In this document: in pieces, positions 26,820 to 35,846 of the stretch
Numbering within the stretch: the stretch's first letter is position 1
Layout of the letters: each line of letters opens with the position of its first letter
IMG/VR virus record: IMGVR_UViG_3300045996_004119
Span: 62,111-126,110 of that record
Reading direction: 5' to 3' (one strand)
Source: a virus
Length of the DNA stretch: 64,000 nt
The notes under the pieces: generated by a model
The model's input: the letters and a program-made list of their open reading frames with translations, nothing else
Databases searched by the model: none
Told to the model about the DNA's origin: nothing
Translations under genes and position numbers: made by a program

Positions 26820-28291
26820 CCGCACGCATCATTTCCGCTGGAGCCGGCGCGACCAGGCCGCTCGTCCTCGCCTTCCTGGTGCCTCCTGTCCGCCGCCCGG
26901 GCGACCCGCACCTCGACGACCAGATCCGCGCGGCGCTGCCCGGGGCCTGCGTGATCGCGCACAGCGACGCCGACGGCGAGCCGCTCGCCGCCTCCGAGGA
27001 GCGGGCTCGCCGCGCCGGGCGGACGGGCGGGCCGCTCGTTCTCGTCGGCTATTCGGCCGGGTGCCTCCGGGGCGTGCGGAAGCGCCTCCTCGACGGCGCC
27101 GAGCCCGCCGCGGTCATCGCGATCGACGGCACGCACGCCTCGGTGCCTCCGGCCGCATGGCAGTTCGACGCCTGGCGATCGGTCATCGCGGACGCGCGCG
27201 ACGGGCGCCGGCTGTTCGTGGCCACGGCGACACAGCAGACGTACGTGGAATCGCTGCCGGCCCATCAGCGCTACCTCGCGACCATCTCCGTGTTGCGCCG
27301 GCTGACCGGCTGGCCGCTCGCGAGCCCAGGGCCGCTGCCGCTCGGGGAGCACGTCTCCGAGGGGGACTGCCACGTCCACAGCTACGCGAGCGCCTCGATG
27401 GACGGCAATGCCCACAGCGACCAGCTCACGCGCGTGCTGCCCGAGATGCTCCGGCTGCACCTCGCGCCGTGGCTTGCGCGGCAGGGTGGCGCCGCGCCTG
27501 TCCCCGCCGAGGACCGCCACACGCCGGCGCCACCGACGCCCGAGGCGGACACGCCGCGGGTGCCGCGCGTGCTGCGCCGGGGTGACAAGGGCGACGACGT
27601 GGGCGACTGGCAGCGGCGCCTGCTGGAGCTCGGCTACGACCCCGGTTCGGCGGACGAGTCGTTCGGTCCGCTGACCGAGAGCGCCACGAAGGAGCTCCAG
27701 CGCGACGCCGGGATCGGCGTGGATGGCGTGGTCGGGCCGATGACGCGCGCCGCCGCCGAGAGCGCGGCCCCGAAGACGCTCCCGCCTGCGCCGCCCGCCG
27801 GGCTCGCCAGGGTGTTCCTCGGCAGAGCTCGTGCTGACCTCGATGCAGGCGTGCGCGAGGAGCGCCCCAACGACGGCGAGCGCGTGGGCGCCTACCTCCA
27901 GGCGTGCGGGGCGACGCCGCCGGCGAACTGGTGCGCGGCCGCGGTGACGTGCTGGCTTCGCGATGCTGCCCGCGAGCTCGGAGTCGAGCCGCCCGTGCGC
28001 GGATCGGCGGGCGCCAAGGCCTTGATGGCGCAGTTCCAGCAGGCCGGGCGGTTCATCTCGGCGGAGGAGCTGCGGCGGGACACCGCGTTGCTTCAGCCCG
28101 GCATGGTGGCCGTCTGGCACAGGGGCGCCCCCGGCGCGTGGACCGGGCACACCGCCGCCGTCGCGAGCGCGGCGACTGGGACGCGGTTCCTGAGCCTCGA
28201 CGGGAACGGGGGGCAGAACGGCGATCGCGTGGCAGAGACGCAGCGCAGCCTGAACGACCCGCTGTTCCTCGGCGTCGGCCGGGTCGGCTAG
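26816..28291 (+). CDS. Endolysin: alpha/beta-hydrolase-like domain + PG-binding domain + CHAP-like amidase
   Basis: GYSAG (27047-27061); LRRGDKGDDVGDWQRRL..LGY...FGP.T..A...Q...DGVVGP.T (PG_binding_1); WCAA, GHT and DGN CHAP motifs. Confidence 0.85.
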   Translation: MTARIISAGAGATRPLVLAFLVPPVRRPGDPHLDDQIRAALPGACVIAHSDADGEPLAASEERARRAGRTGGPLVLVGYSAGCLRGVRKRLLDGAEPAAVIAIDGTHASVPPAAWQFDAWRSVIADARDGRRLFVATATQQTYVESLPAHQRYLATISVLRRLTGWPLASPGPLPLGEHVSEGDCHVHSYASASMDGNAHSDQLTRVLPEMLRLHLAPWLARQGGAAPVPAEDRHTPAPPTPEADTPRVPRVLRRGDKGDDVGDWQRRLLELGYDPGSADESFGPLTESATKELQRDAGIGVDGVVGPMTRAAAESAAPKTLPPAPPAGLARVFLGRARADLDAGVREERPNDGERVGAYLQACGATPPANWCAAAVTCWLRDAARELGVEPPVRGSAGAKALMAQFQQAGRFISAEELRRDTALLQPGMVAVWHRGAPGAWTGHTAAVASAATGTRFLSLDGNGGQNGDRVAETQRSLNDPLFLGVGRVG

Positions 28292-28512
28292 GCGCCGCGT
28301 CTCGGCTGCCTGGCGCTGCGAGGGTACGTCTCCGTGAGCCAGGCCCGAAGGCCGAGCGCGTTGATGCGGCGGTCCAGGGTCCTCCGGTTCACCGAGAGTG
28401 CCTCCGCAGCGCGCTCCACGTTGCCGGACGCGGCGGCGAGCGCCTCGCGGATGGCTGCGGCGTCGGCCGCGCTCGCCTGCATGATGGCGTCTGCCGTGAG
28501 CGGCCGCGTCAT
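28288..28512 (-). CDS. Fis-family helix-turn-helix protein
   Basis: ALAAASGNVERAAEALSVNRRTL.RRI is the HTH_8 signature. Confidence 0.8.
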   Translation of the reverse strand: MTRPLTADAIMQASAADAAAIREALAAASGNVERAAEALSVNRRTLDRRINALGLRAWLTETYPRSARQPRRGA

Positions 28513-28844
28513 CCGCCGGCCTCGAGCTCTCGCAGCCGGATCGCCTCGCGCTGCACGGACTGCGGCGGCTCCTCCGGCAGCCGGCGCCCGTCGGGAGCTA
28601 CGAAGCTCCACGGCCCGAGCTCGCGGGCCACGGCGCCGCTGTTCCGCCGCGCCCGCACGTAGCGGGTGGTCGGGCGCCCGAGATCGTCCGTCGTCTCCCA
28701 CTTGGCGCAACCGTCGGGCTCGTAGCCGGGCCGGCGGATCGACCCGCACAGGCCGAGTCCGTTGCCGTCGTGCAGGATTATGTGCGTGGTGCGCCCGCAG
28801 TTGCGGCAGGGGCGCTCAAGCGTTTCGACGTCCATGGTCACCAC
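28509..28844 (-). CDS. Hypothetical Cys-containing protein
   Basis: CRNC, C and C residues; coupled to neighbouring genes. Confidence 0.55.
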   Translation of the reverse strand: MVTMDVETLERPCRNCGRTTHIILHDGNGLGLCGSIRRPGYEPDGCAKWETTDDLGRPTTRYVRARRNSGAVARELGPWSFVAPDGRRLPEEPPQSVQREAIRLRELEAGG

Positions 28845-29095
28845 CTTCCTCGGCTGAACACGTCCTGCGCGAGGCCGCGGACCGTCTCCTGGATCTGCTC
28901 CTCCTCGACCGCGGACGGCCCGTCCACGAAGACGCGGTCGCGATCGCCATCGTCGCTCAGCCCGACGCTCACCTCGTCGCCCGCGTACGCACCACGCAGA
29001 CGCGCTTCGACTGCCGCGCGGTACCGCTCATGGTCCGCTGGCGAGCTGAGCGTGCCGAGGTTGCTGGTCGCGATGTCGAGGTGGATGGACGTCAT
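28838..29095 (-). CDS. Hypothetical protein
   Basis: AGGAG SD; first gene after the promoter at 29141-29169. Confidence 0.65.
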   Translation of the reverse strand: MTSIHLDIATSNLGTLSSPADHERYRAAVEARLRGAYAGDEVSVGLSDDGDRDRVFVDGPSAVEEEQIQETVRGLAQDVFSRGRW

Positions 29096-29139
29096 GGCTG
29101 TTTGCTCCTGCGTCGCCGGCCCCGCGCCGTCGATGCTTA

Positions 29140-29169
29140 GACAGTAGGACTCACGTGTCCGACTGTCAA
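29140..29169 (-). promoter_or_regulatory. Sigma70-type promoter TTGACA-17-TACTGT with an overlapping inverted repeat
   Basis: Minus strand reads TTGACA gtcggacacgtgagtcc TACTGT; the inverted repeat GACAGTAGGAC/GTCCGACTGTC has 1 mismatch. Confidence 0.75.
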
Positions 29170-29205
29170 CCCGGTCCGGTCGATTCCTGAGCGCCGCCGC
29201 GTCGG

Positions 29206-29583
29206 CTAGGCGGACAGCGTGAACGACAGCGCGTCGATGCTGCACGGAACGCCGTCGCGCGCATCGATACCCTCGAACATCAGCGCGGAGCCGACGTGTC
29301 CGGGCGTGCGCCACGCATCCTGAATCGGCACGCCTGCGCCGGCTTCACGCTCGCGCCACACGGCGACCCACCGCACGAATTGCTTCACACGCAGATTCAG
29401 CGGCACTCGCCCGGTGACACCGAAGTCCGCCGGCACCCGCACGACGCGCGGCTCCGGGAATAGCTCGCGCCCGTCCTGCCCATAGACGCGGACGAACACG
29501 TCCGACCCTGGCTTCAGCAGGCTTTCGCGCGAGGCGCGAATCGCGTCATCGGCGCGGCAGCCCGTCTCTTCGCAACTCTGCAT
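29206..29583 (-). CDS. Hypothetical protein
   Basis: 125 aa ORF with a plausible composition. Confidence 0.5.
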   Translation of the reverse strand: MQSCEETGCRADDAIRASRESLLKPGSDVFVRVYGQDGRELFPEPRVVRVPADFGVTGRVPLNLRVKQFVRWVAVWREREAGAGVPIQDAWRTPGHVGSALMFEGIDARDGVPCSIDALSFTLSA

Positions 29584-29633
29584 CTCGAAACCCTATCACG
29601 CGCCGGCTGCGCATGCAGCCTCGGAGCATATCA

Positions 29634-30032
29634 ATGCGCGTATCCGTAGTTGTCCGAAACGATTTGGTCGACGCCTTCACCGCGGCTCTCGACGACGGCG
29701 AGATCCGCTTCTACGACGGCACCCGCCCGGCGTCCGTGGAGACGGCGATCACCACGCAGGAACTGCTCGTCACGCTGACGTTCGCCGCCACCGCGTTCGG
29801 CGCCGCATCGAGCGCGAGCGCCGCGGCGAATGCCATCGGCAGCGGCACGGTCGCCGCCACCGGCCAGGCTACTTGGGCGCGCCTCGTGAACAGCGGCGGC
29901 ACCGCGGTGGCCGACGCGACCGTCTCGGCGACCGGCGGGGGCGGAGACATCCAGGTGAGCGGCGTGGATTTCGGCGCCGGCGGCACCGTGAGCCTGAGCT
30001 CGTTCACCATCTCGCAGCCGGCCGGGTCATGA
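29634..30032 (+). CDS. Virion structural protein (beta-rich)
   Basis: GGAG SD; I.FYDGTRPA...LLVTL...F...ATWARL...D..V...GGGGD motif seen in phage tail-associated proteins. Confidence 0.7.
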   Translation: MRVSVVVRNDLVDAFTAALDDGEIRFYDGTRPASVETAITTQELLVTLTFAATAFGAASSASAAANAIGSGTVAATGQATWARLVNSGGTAVADATVSATGGGGDIQVSGVDFGAGGTVSLSSFTISQPAGS

Positions 30033-30334
30033 GCGCGCGCGTCGGCCTCTTCGCCATCCGTCACCAGCGCGGCGGCGTCATCACCGCGCTGCTCTTCTCC
30101 GCGCCGCCGAGCGAGGCGCGCCTCGCCGCCGAGAAGGTGCGGCTCGACAAGCGCTACGGCTCCGGCTGGGTGCGCGTGGTGCCCGTCGCCCTGGAGCTCG
30201 CCGACGAGCACGCCGACCTCGCCGCGCGCTTTTCCTCGCCGCCGGAGGAGCCGCCGCCGCCCGAGCCGGGGACCGCGGGCGCGCTGCCCGGCATCGTCAT
30301 CCACGCCGTCGGCACGTACACCCCGCCCCGCTGA
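30029..30334 (+). CDS. Hypothetical protein
   Basis: ATGA-coupled within the structural cassette. Confidence 0.6.
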   Translation: MSARVGLFAIRHQRGGVITALLFSAPPSEARLAAEKVRLDKRYGSGWVRVVPVALELADEHADLAARFSSPPEEPPPPEPGTAGALPGIVIHAVGTYTPPR

Positions 30335-30337
30335 ACC

Positions 30338-32281
30338 ATGGCAATCCGCACCAGCAGAGTCGAGTACGGGTGGACGACCGACGCCACCAACCTCAACGCG
30401 GCCACGCGTCGGGAATTCGGCGCGATCACGGCCGTCATCGAGGAGACGTCGAGCCGCACCATCGTCAGCGCCTACCTCGAGGTCGCGCTGCGCGGCAACG
30501 AGACCACCGGCACGTCGATGACGTCGCGGCTCATCGGGATCCGGGTCGACGCGGTAGCCTGGAACGACGAGACGAAGAGCGAGACCATCCCCACCACGGG
30601 CGACCAGGACTCGTTCCGCTTTCGTCGGGACGTCACGAGCTACCTCCAGACGAACTTCACCGGCACGTCGCACTCGATCCAGGTTGCGCTCCAGTTCGGG
30701 ACGCTGGCGACGATCAACCACTCCGCCAAGCTCGTCATCAACTACAGCTACGACGACGCGAGCGCCTCGACGCGGACGAAGACGGCGTGCATCCCGCTGG
30801 AGTCGATCACCGGGACGCTGACCGACACGCTGGCCGAGATCGGGACGAGCCAAGTCCCGCAGCTGACGGGCGTCGGGGGCTTCCTCCCGGAGGCCAGCGT
30901 CTCCATCAAGGACATGTTCTTCGTCGTCATGGCGAACGAGGGGCACGCGTCGGGGACCACCGACTTCTCGCTCGCGGTCTCGCTCGACGCCGAGGGGGAG
31001 ACGACGCTCGGGGTCTGCGAACAGGCGCTCGACAGCTCGCCCTGGTACGAGGGCGTCTGGAAGCGCACGGACATGGACCCGGCGACGACCCACGCCTTCA
31101 AGGCGAGGGGCACGGTGACCGGCAAGTTCCCGCAGATCTTTGCGCTGCTCTACGTCACGTACACGTACGACGAGAGCGCGAGCACGGACATCCTCAACAG
31201 CCTCGACATGCCGATGCCCACCGAGCCGGGCAGCTTCGGCGGGGCCACGTCCGGGCTCCAGAGCAAGATCTCGATGGTGGTGCCCATCGAGGAGCCCGGG
31301 ACCATCACGCTGAAGCAGAGCGCGGTCCTCGCCGGCTACAACATGCCGAACAGCACGTTGAGCGGGCTCACCATCGGCGTCGGGTCGCAGACCCCGCGGG
31401 CGTACAGCCCGAGCACGCTCTACAACAGCCCTTCCGGCCAGCAGACCGTCTGCCACCGGTTCGACAGCGGGGCCGCGGCGGGCTCCGGGGTGACGCTCGC
31501 ACGCGGCGAGAACACGATCACGCTGTCCTGGTACCGCACGAGCACCGGCTCCGGCGGCGCCGGCTACGGGTGGAACGCGCGCCTCATCCTCAACTACGTG
31601 TCGAGCAAGGCCTCCGCCGGCTCCGGCGCGCACAACCACACGATCAAGCTCTGGGGCGGCGGGACGGACGCCGTGGGCTCATCCACCGTGCGCGACTACA
31701 CCTTCCAGCCGGCGATCCCGGAGTCGGACTACTGGGTCAGCTGCCTCGGGTTCGAGATCGACTTCTTGCAGGCCGGCCGCGGGATGTTCGCCTTCCTCGC
31801 TGAGCGCCTGTCGGGGGAGGGCGTCGCAGACGGGTGGGAGACGCTGCACACCAATGGGTTTTGCGTCAGCAACGAGAACAGCGTCAACACGCTGTGGTGC
31901 AACGCCTCCGCGCACTTCGACCGGCACCCGGCGGACCCTGACGGGGAGCGCCTCGCTGTCGAGAGCTCGCGCACCTGGCGCATGTCGAGCTTTCTCGACG
32001 GCACGAACAGCCACGGCGGGTTCGCCGACTTCGTCGCGAGCATCACCTACAACACGCTCACGCGCTCCGTGAGCGGCGCGGTCTCCGGCTACGACGGCGA
32101 CGGCTCCGGGATCGTGGTGAACGTCCACCGCACGGACAACGGAGAGCTGCTCTACCAGGCGACGACGTCCGCGGGCGGCGGCTACTCGTTCACCGCGTAC
32201 TCGGACGTGACATCGCTGTTCGCCGAGGCCCGGCAGGACGGGACGCACGTGGGGCGCTCCAACAACTTCACGCCGAGCTGA
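30338..32281 (+). CDS. Large beta-rich virion/fibre protein with a C-terminal transthyretin/Cna-B-like domain
   Basis: 647 aa, Thr/Ser/Gly-rich; ends VSG.VSG...VNVHRTDNGELL..ATT.A.G.YSF. Confidence 0.65.
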   Translation: MAIRTSRVEYGWTTDATNLNAATRREFGAITAVIEETSSRTIVSAYLEVALRGNETTGTSMTSRLIGIRVDAVAWNDETKSETIPTTGDQDSFRFRRDVTSYLQTNFTGTSHSIQVALQFGTLATINHSAKLVINYSYDDASASTRTKTACIPLESITGTLTDTLAEIGTSQVPQLTGVGGFLPEASVSIKDMFFVVMANEGHASGTTDFSLAVSLDAEGETTLGVCEQALDSSPWYEGVWKRTDMDPATTHAFKARGTVTGKFPQIFALLYVTYTYDESASTDILNSLDMPMPTEPGSFGGATSGLQSKISMVVPIEEPGTITLKQSAVLAGYNMPNSTLSGLTIGVGSQTPRAYSPSTLYNSPSGQQTVCHRFDSGAAAGSGVTLARGENTITLSWYRTSTGSGGAGYGWNARLILNYVSSKASAGSGAHNHTIKLWGGGTDAVGSSTVRDYTFQPAIPESDYWVSCLGFEIDFLQAGRGMFAFLAERLSGEGVADGWETLHTNGFCVSNENSVNTLWCNASAHFDRHPADPDGERLAVESSRTWRMSSFLDGTNSHGGFADFVASITYNTLTRSVSGAVSGYDGDGSGIVVNVHRTDNGELLYQATTSAGGGYSFTAYSDVTSLFAEARQDGTHVGRSNNFTPS

Positions 32282-32287
32282 CCGAAC

Positions 32288-33244
32288 GTGGCCGACCAGG
32301 ACATCGTCCTCCGCGACCCGGGTGGCGGGGTCGGCGCGATCGCGTTCGACGACAGCCTCCCGCCCGTCACCGGCGATGGTGACGCGGAGCTCCCCACGCT
32401 CGCCGCGGCTGCCGTCGGGACGCTCAGCTACACGGGATCCGCCTCCGTGGCGCTGCCCGCGCTCGCGGCGGCGGGGGCGGGCGCCCTGGCCTACTCTGGC
32501 GCCGCGTCCGCCGCGCTGGCAGCGCCGGAGGCCACCGCCGCCGGCGCGCTCACCTACACCGGGAGCGCCTCCATCGCGCTCCCAGCGATCGCCGCGGCCT
32601 CCTCCGGCCTGCTCTCGTACACCGGCGCGGGCGCGGCTGTCCTGCCGGCGCTCTCCGCCGCCGGTTCCGGCGCCCTGGCGTTCGTCGGCACCGGCGCTGC
32701 GTCCCTGCCCGCCCTCGGCGCCGCGGCGGCAGGCACACTCCTCGTCGTCATCACGGGCGTCGGCGCTGCGGCGCTCCCTGCGCTCGCCGCCGCCGCGACC
32801 GGCACGCTCATCCCGCCGTCGGGCGGGGAAGAGCCCGGCTTCATCACGTTGCCGCGCGCGGGGACTCTGTACGAGCTCGCGCTGCCCGCGGTCGCCTCCC
32901 TCTACGTCATCACCCTCGCGAGGCCCATGTTCAGGCTCCACATCGGCGACACCGCCGTTCTCACCGGCGTCACCATCCGCGACGCCGCGGGCGATCTCGT
33001 CGACCCCGCGACGCTCACCATCCTGATCCTCTCGCCGCTCGGGGTCGAGGTCGAGCTCGTCTACGGCACCGCGCCCACGAGCGGCTCGGGGGACGCCGTC
33101 ATCCGGACGGCGGAGGGGACGTTCACGGTGCAGATCGAGATCACCGACGAGCGCGGCGCGGGGGTGTACCGCTACACGGTGGTGACCACCGGGGCGCGCG
33201 CGGCTGAGACGGGCACGTTCACCGTCTACGCGAGGGCGGTCTGA
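32288..33244 (+). CDS. Repeat-containing structural protein with a C-terminal Ig/BppU-like domain
   Basis: Seven ~21-aa repeats; C-terminal GDT...DAAGDLVDP...GVYRY pattern. Confidence 0.7.
   Translation: MADQDIVLRDPGGGVGAIAFDDSLPPVTGDGDAELPTLAAAAVGTLSYTGSASVALPALAAAGAGALAYSGAASAALAAPEATAAGALTYTGSASIALPAIAAASSGLLSYTGAGAAVLPALSAAGSGALAFVGTGAASLPALGAAAAGTLLVVITGVGAAALPALAAAATGTLIPPSGGEEPGFITLPRAGTLYELALPAVASLYVITLARPMFRLHIGDTAVLTGVTIRDAAGDLVDPATLTILILSPLGVEVELVYGTAPTSGSGDAVIRTAEGTFTVQIEITDERGAGVYRYTVVTTGARAAETGTFTVYARAV
32372..32810 (+). repeat. About 7 degenerate coding repeats of ~63 bp (21 aa)
   Basis: GSASVALPALAAAGAGALAYS-type units visible in the translation. Confidence 0.8.
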
Positions 33245-33534
33245 TGGCGGTCAGGACGATGCTCATCGTGGTCAAGGTGGCGCACACCGACCCTGCGGTC
33301 ACCCCCACGGAGGCCGAGGCGCTCGCCGTCATCGGCGCCGACCGCTGGGACACGGCCCGCGGTGGCCAGCGCCCGGGGAACGGCGCCTACCTCCTCAGCT
33401 ACCGGACGGACCTAGGCCGGCGCGGCGACGAGCGGGACGCCCGCGGCGCGGCGCACGTGGAGGACACGGCAGCCAAGGGGCGGCCGGCGGACGCGGGGCA
33501 GGGCGGCGGCGGGGGTCGAGACACGCCGGGGTAG
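33244..33534 (+). CDS. Hypothetical protein
   Basis: TGATG-coupled last gene of the cassette. Confidence 0.5.
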   Translation: MAVRTMLIVVKVAHTDPAVTPTEAEALAVIGADRWDTARGGQRPGNGAYLLSYRTDLGRRGDERDARGAAHVEDTAAKGRPADAGQGGGGGRDTPG

Positions 33535-33559
33535 GCCGGCTGCGCAGGAAAGCGAGAAC

Positions 33560-33583
33560 GCGCCGGGTACGCCCGGCGCTTTT
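33560..33583 (+). terminator. Intrinsic terminator
   Basis: GCGCCGGG-TACG-CCCGGCGC followed by TTTT. Confidence 0.8.
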
Positions 33584-33614
33584 CGCGTTCCATAGGCAAC
33601 TTGACGCAGGCGGG

Positions 33615-34556
33615 ATGAAGAATGTACCAAAGCGCATGCGCTCGAACGCCCGCTGCGCTCTGGTCCTGACCGCCGCGTGCTTCGTCGGCTGCGGAAAATC
33701 ACAGACGACGCAGGATCGAGCGGCGGCAGCGACGGCAACATCGCCACCTACAGAGACTGCACCGCCTGCCTCGCCAGCGGCTGCTCCGGCAGTCGCGCCA
33801 GACCTACCACCCCCGTCTCTGCCGCCACTCGCGAGCGGAGCGGTAATCGAGCTGGACACAGCATATTTCGCCAGGGGTGGAGCATCGGCCATTCGCGGCG
33901 TGACGAACCTACCAGATCATACCGTACTATCTATCTCAGCGGAAGAGCCGGGGGACTTCGGCAAGTCTGACAGCGCACAGGCAACCGTTCGAGCCGGGCG
34001 TTTCGGCGGCATGGCCTCGAGCGCTGGCTCTGATGTGCCGGAGGGGATCTACGCGGTCGAGGTGAACACGATTTTGCCAATGGCTCAGCCGGAGGATGTG
34101 CAGGAGGTCATCGGGAAAGCTGGCGAGCGACTCAGCGGAAAGCTGGTGAAAGCAGATGCCGGTGGCAAGATCGTCTCTGTGCGGACCGTGGCGATGGTCG
34201 GCATGAAAGGTGCCGCGGAGTCTGCCTCTCTCAAGAGGGCCACAGACCGGCGAACTGCATTGCAGCGCGCGCTGGCTAGGCTGGATCAGCTAGAGCGCAG
34301 GGGTAGGATGTCGCCACACGAGTTCACGCCAGAGTGCATGACCAGGATGCGCGCCGACCATGAAGCGCTAGATGTTGTCGCCCGCGATCTGGACCAGATG
34401 GCGCTCACACTCCCGGGCGTAGTAGATCTTCGGTACGCCTCGAGAATATTGCAAACCTGCGTTTCATGCGCGGACAGCTTCGTAGATTCATGCGACGACG
34501 GACGAAGCAAGCTTCGTGCGGCATCCTCCGCCATCGCTGCCGGAAAGCTCCGCTAG
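33615..34556 (+). CDS. Lipoprotein (moron)
   Basis: FVGC lipobox and Pro linker; visibly AT-richer than its flanks; TTGACG at 33601 upstream; possible start ATG 33636. Confidence 0.7.
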   Translation: MKNVPKRMRSNARCALVLTAACFVGCGKSQTTQDRAAAATATSPPTETAPPASPAAAPAVAPDLPPPSLPPLASGAVIELDTAYFARGGASAIRGVTNLPDHTVLSISAEEPGDFGKSDSAQATVRAGRFGGMASSAGSDVPEGIYAVEVNTILPMAQPEDVQEVIGKAGERLSGKLVKADAGGKIVSVRTVAMVGMKGAAESASLKRATDRRTALQRALARLDQLERRGRMSPHEFTPECMTRMRADHEALDVVARDLDQMALTLPGVVDLRYASRILQTCVSCADSFVDSCDDGRSKLRAASSAIAAGKLR

Positions 34557-34764
34557 CCGACCTCGCGCCAACGCTCTTCGTCGCTCGCTACCTCTACCTC
34601 TACCTCACCGCGCCCGTCGCCCCGATCGCCTCGCCACGCGACCTCCGCGGCGCTCGGGCAAGCTCTCGCCGGCGTACACCACGACGGCGCCAGCCCAGGG
34701 CCAGTGCGCCACCACCTCGGCCACCGGGGCGGCGTCGCCGATGGCCAGCACGCGGCCCGCGCTC

Positions 34765-34986
34765 TCAGCCCAGTGCATCGGCCATCTCCTCCCTGCCGAA
34801 CTCCTCCACCCGCCCGGCCACGCAGACCCGGGCGCTCCCGTCCCCCGCGCGGCCGACGAGTTCGCAGGGGATCTCGACCACCTCCCCGCGGCACATCGCC
34901 CGCACCATGCCGCCGCGCTCCACCGCGAGGCCTTGCCGCCGCCACGTGGCCTCGAGCATCTCCAGGCTCCACCTCATCGCTGCCAT
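34765..34986 (-). CDS. Hypothetical small protein
   Basis: GGAGGGG SD then ATG; MAAMRWSLEMLEATW... Confidence 0.5.
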   Translation of the reverse strand: MAAMRWSLEMLEATWRRQGLAVERGGMVRAMCRGEVVEIPCELVGRAGDGSARVCVAGRVEEFGREEMADALG

Positions 34987-35062
34987 GATCCCCTCCGACG
35001 CCGCGAGCCCGGTCCGGAGATCCGGCCGGGCTGCGACGTGCTGAGCTGGCGGTGCGCGGCCG

Positions 35063-35275
35063 TCAGGCGGTGGCGATCCGCTGCCGTGCCTCGCGCGCCT
35101 CGCGGCGGAGCTTGCGGGCCGTGACGATGCAGCAGACGTAGAGCACGCGGTCATGCCGGCGCCACCGCGCCTCCCGCAGGACCTTGCGCGCCCGCTCGTA
35201 GCGCTCGGCGATGAAGGCCTTCGTCTCCGCGTCGCCCGCGATATCCCCACCCGCCGCGTTCGTCGCCTCGTCCAT
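35063..35275 (-). CDS. Hypothetical small basic protein
   Basis: GGAGG SD; helical. Confidence 0.55.
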   Translation of the reverse strand: MDEATNAAGGDIAGDAETKAFIAERYERARKVLREARWRRHDRVLYVCCIVTARKLRREAREARQRIATA

Positions 35276-35354
35276 GACCGTCCCTCCCACGCCGACAAGC
35301 CCGGTCTGGCGTGGCCAGCCGGGCTGTGGCGCGAAGAGCTGTCGGACGAGGCGG

Positions 35355-35735
35355 TCAGGCGATGTGGGTGCGGCCAGGCGCGATGCTCCGCGGCGGCGCG
35401 GTGAAGTCTCGCACCAGCCGCGCGGTGCCTCCCGGGTCCGGATCCTGGCGATCGAGGCCCAGCGCCCATCGGCAGACCTGCGCCTCCACCGCGTCCGCCG
35501 GGACGTCGCTCCCGTCGGCCGCTTTCATCGCGACCGCCCACCCCATCCGGACGGCCCTCGCGATCACCAGCTGCGCGCGCTCGCGCGTCGCCGAGCCGTA
35601 GCCCCTGCGGCTCGTCTCGACGGCCACCTCGGGGATGGGCTCGCCGATGATCGAGAGCTGCCCGGCGCGGGCCATGAGCTCGAAGCGGGCGCGGAAGCCA
35701 CGCGGGCTGGTGACGGTGGTGATGGTGTTGGTCAT
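35355..35735 (-). CDS. Hypothetical protein
   Basis: GGAGGAGG SD; first gene after the promoter at 35778-35806. Confidence 0.65.
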   Translation of the reverse strand: MTNTITTVTSPRGFRARFELMARAGQLSIIGEPIPEVAVETSRRGYGSATRERAQLVIARAVRMGWAVAMKAADGSDVPADAVEAQVCRWALGLDRQDPDPGGTARLVRDFTAPPRSIAPGRTHIA

Positions 35736-35777
35736 GGCCTGATCCTCCTCCGCGGCGCCACGCCGCCTCATGAGCTA

Positions 35778-35806
35778 TTGATAGACCATTGGTCTACCAA
35801 TGTCAA
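35778..35806 (-). promoter_or_regulatory. Promoter TTGACA-17-TATCAA with perfect operator TAGACCATTGGTCTA
   Basis: The palindrome at 35782-35796 lies in the spacer and overlaps the -10 element. Confidence 0.8.
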
Positions 35807-35846
35807 GTGGTCAACGCGCGATGCCCGCGTCGCTGCCGCGCGCGGC

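Noticed and set aside
29138-29150. TAGACAGTAGGAC as a sixth copy of the regulon operator
   Set aside because: Only 9/13 identity to the 39432 copy and a different register relative to the -10; better explained by the local inverted repeat.
32372-32810. CRISPR array or non-coding repeat
   Set aside because: The repeats are degenerate in-frame coding units with no unique spacers; no cas genes are present.
34588-34605. (CTACCT)x3 microsatellite
   Set aside because: Only three units at a gene end; could be chance, with no evidence of phase variation.
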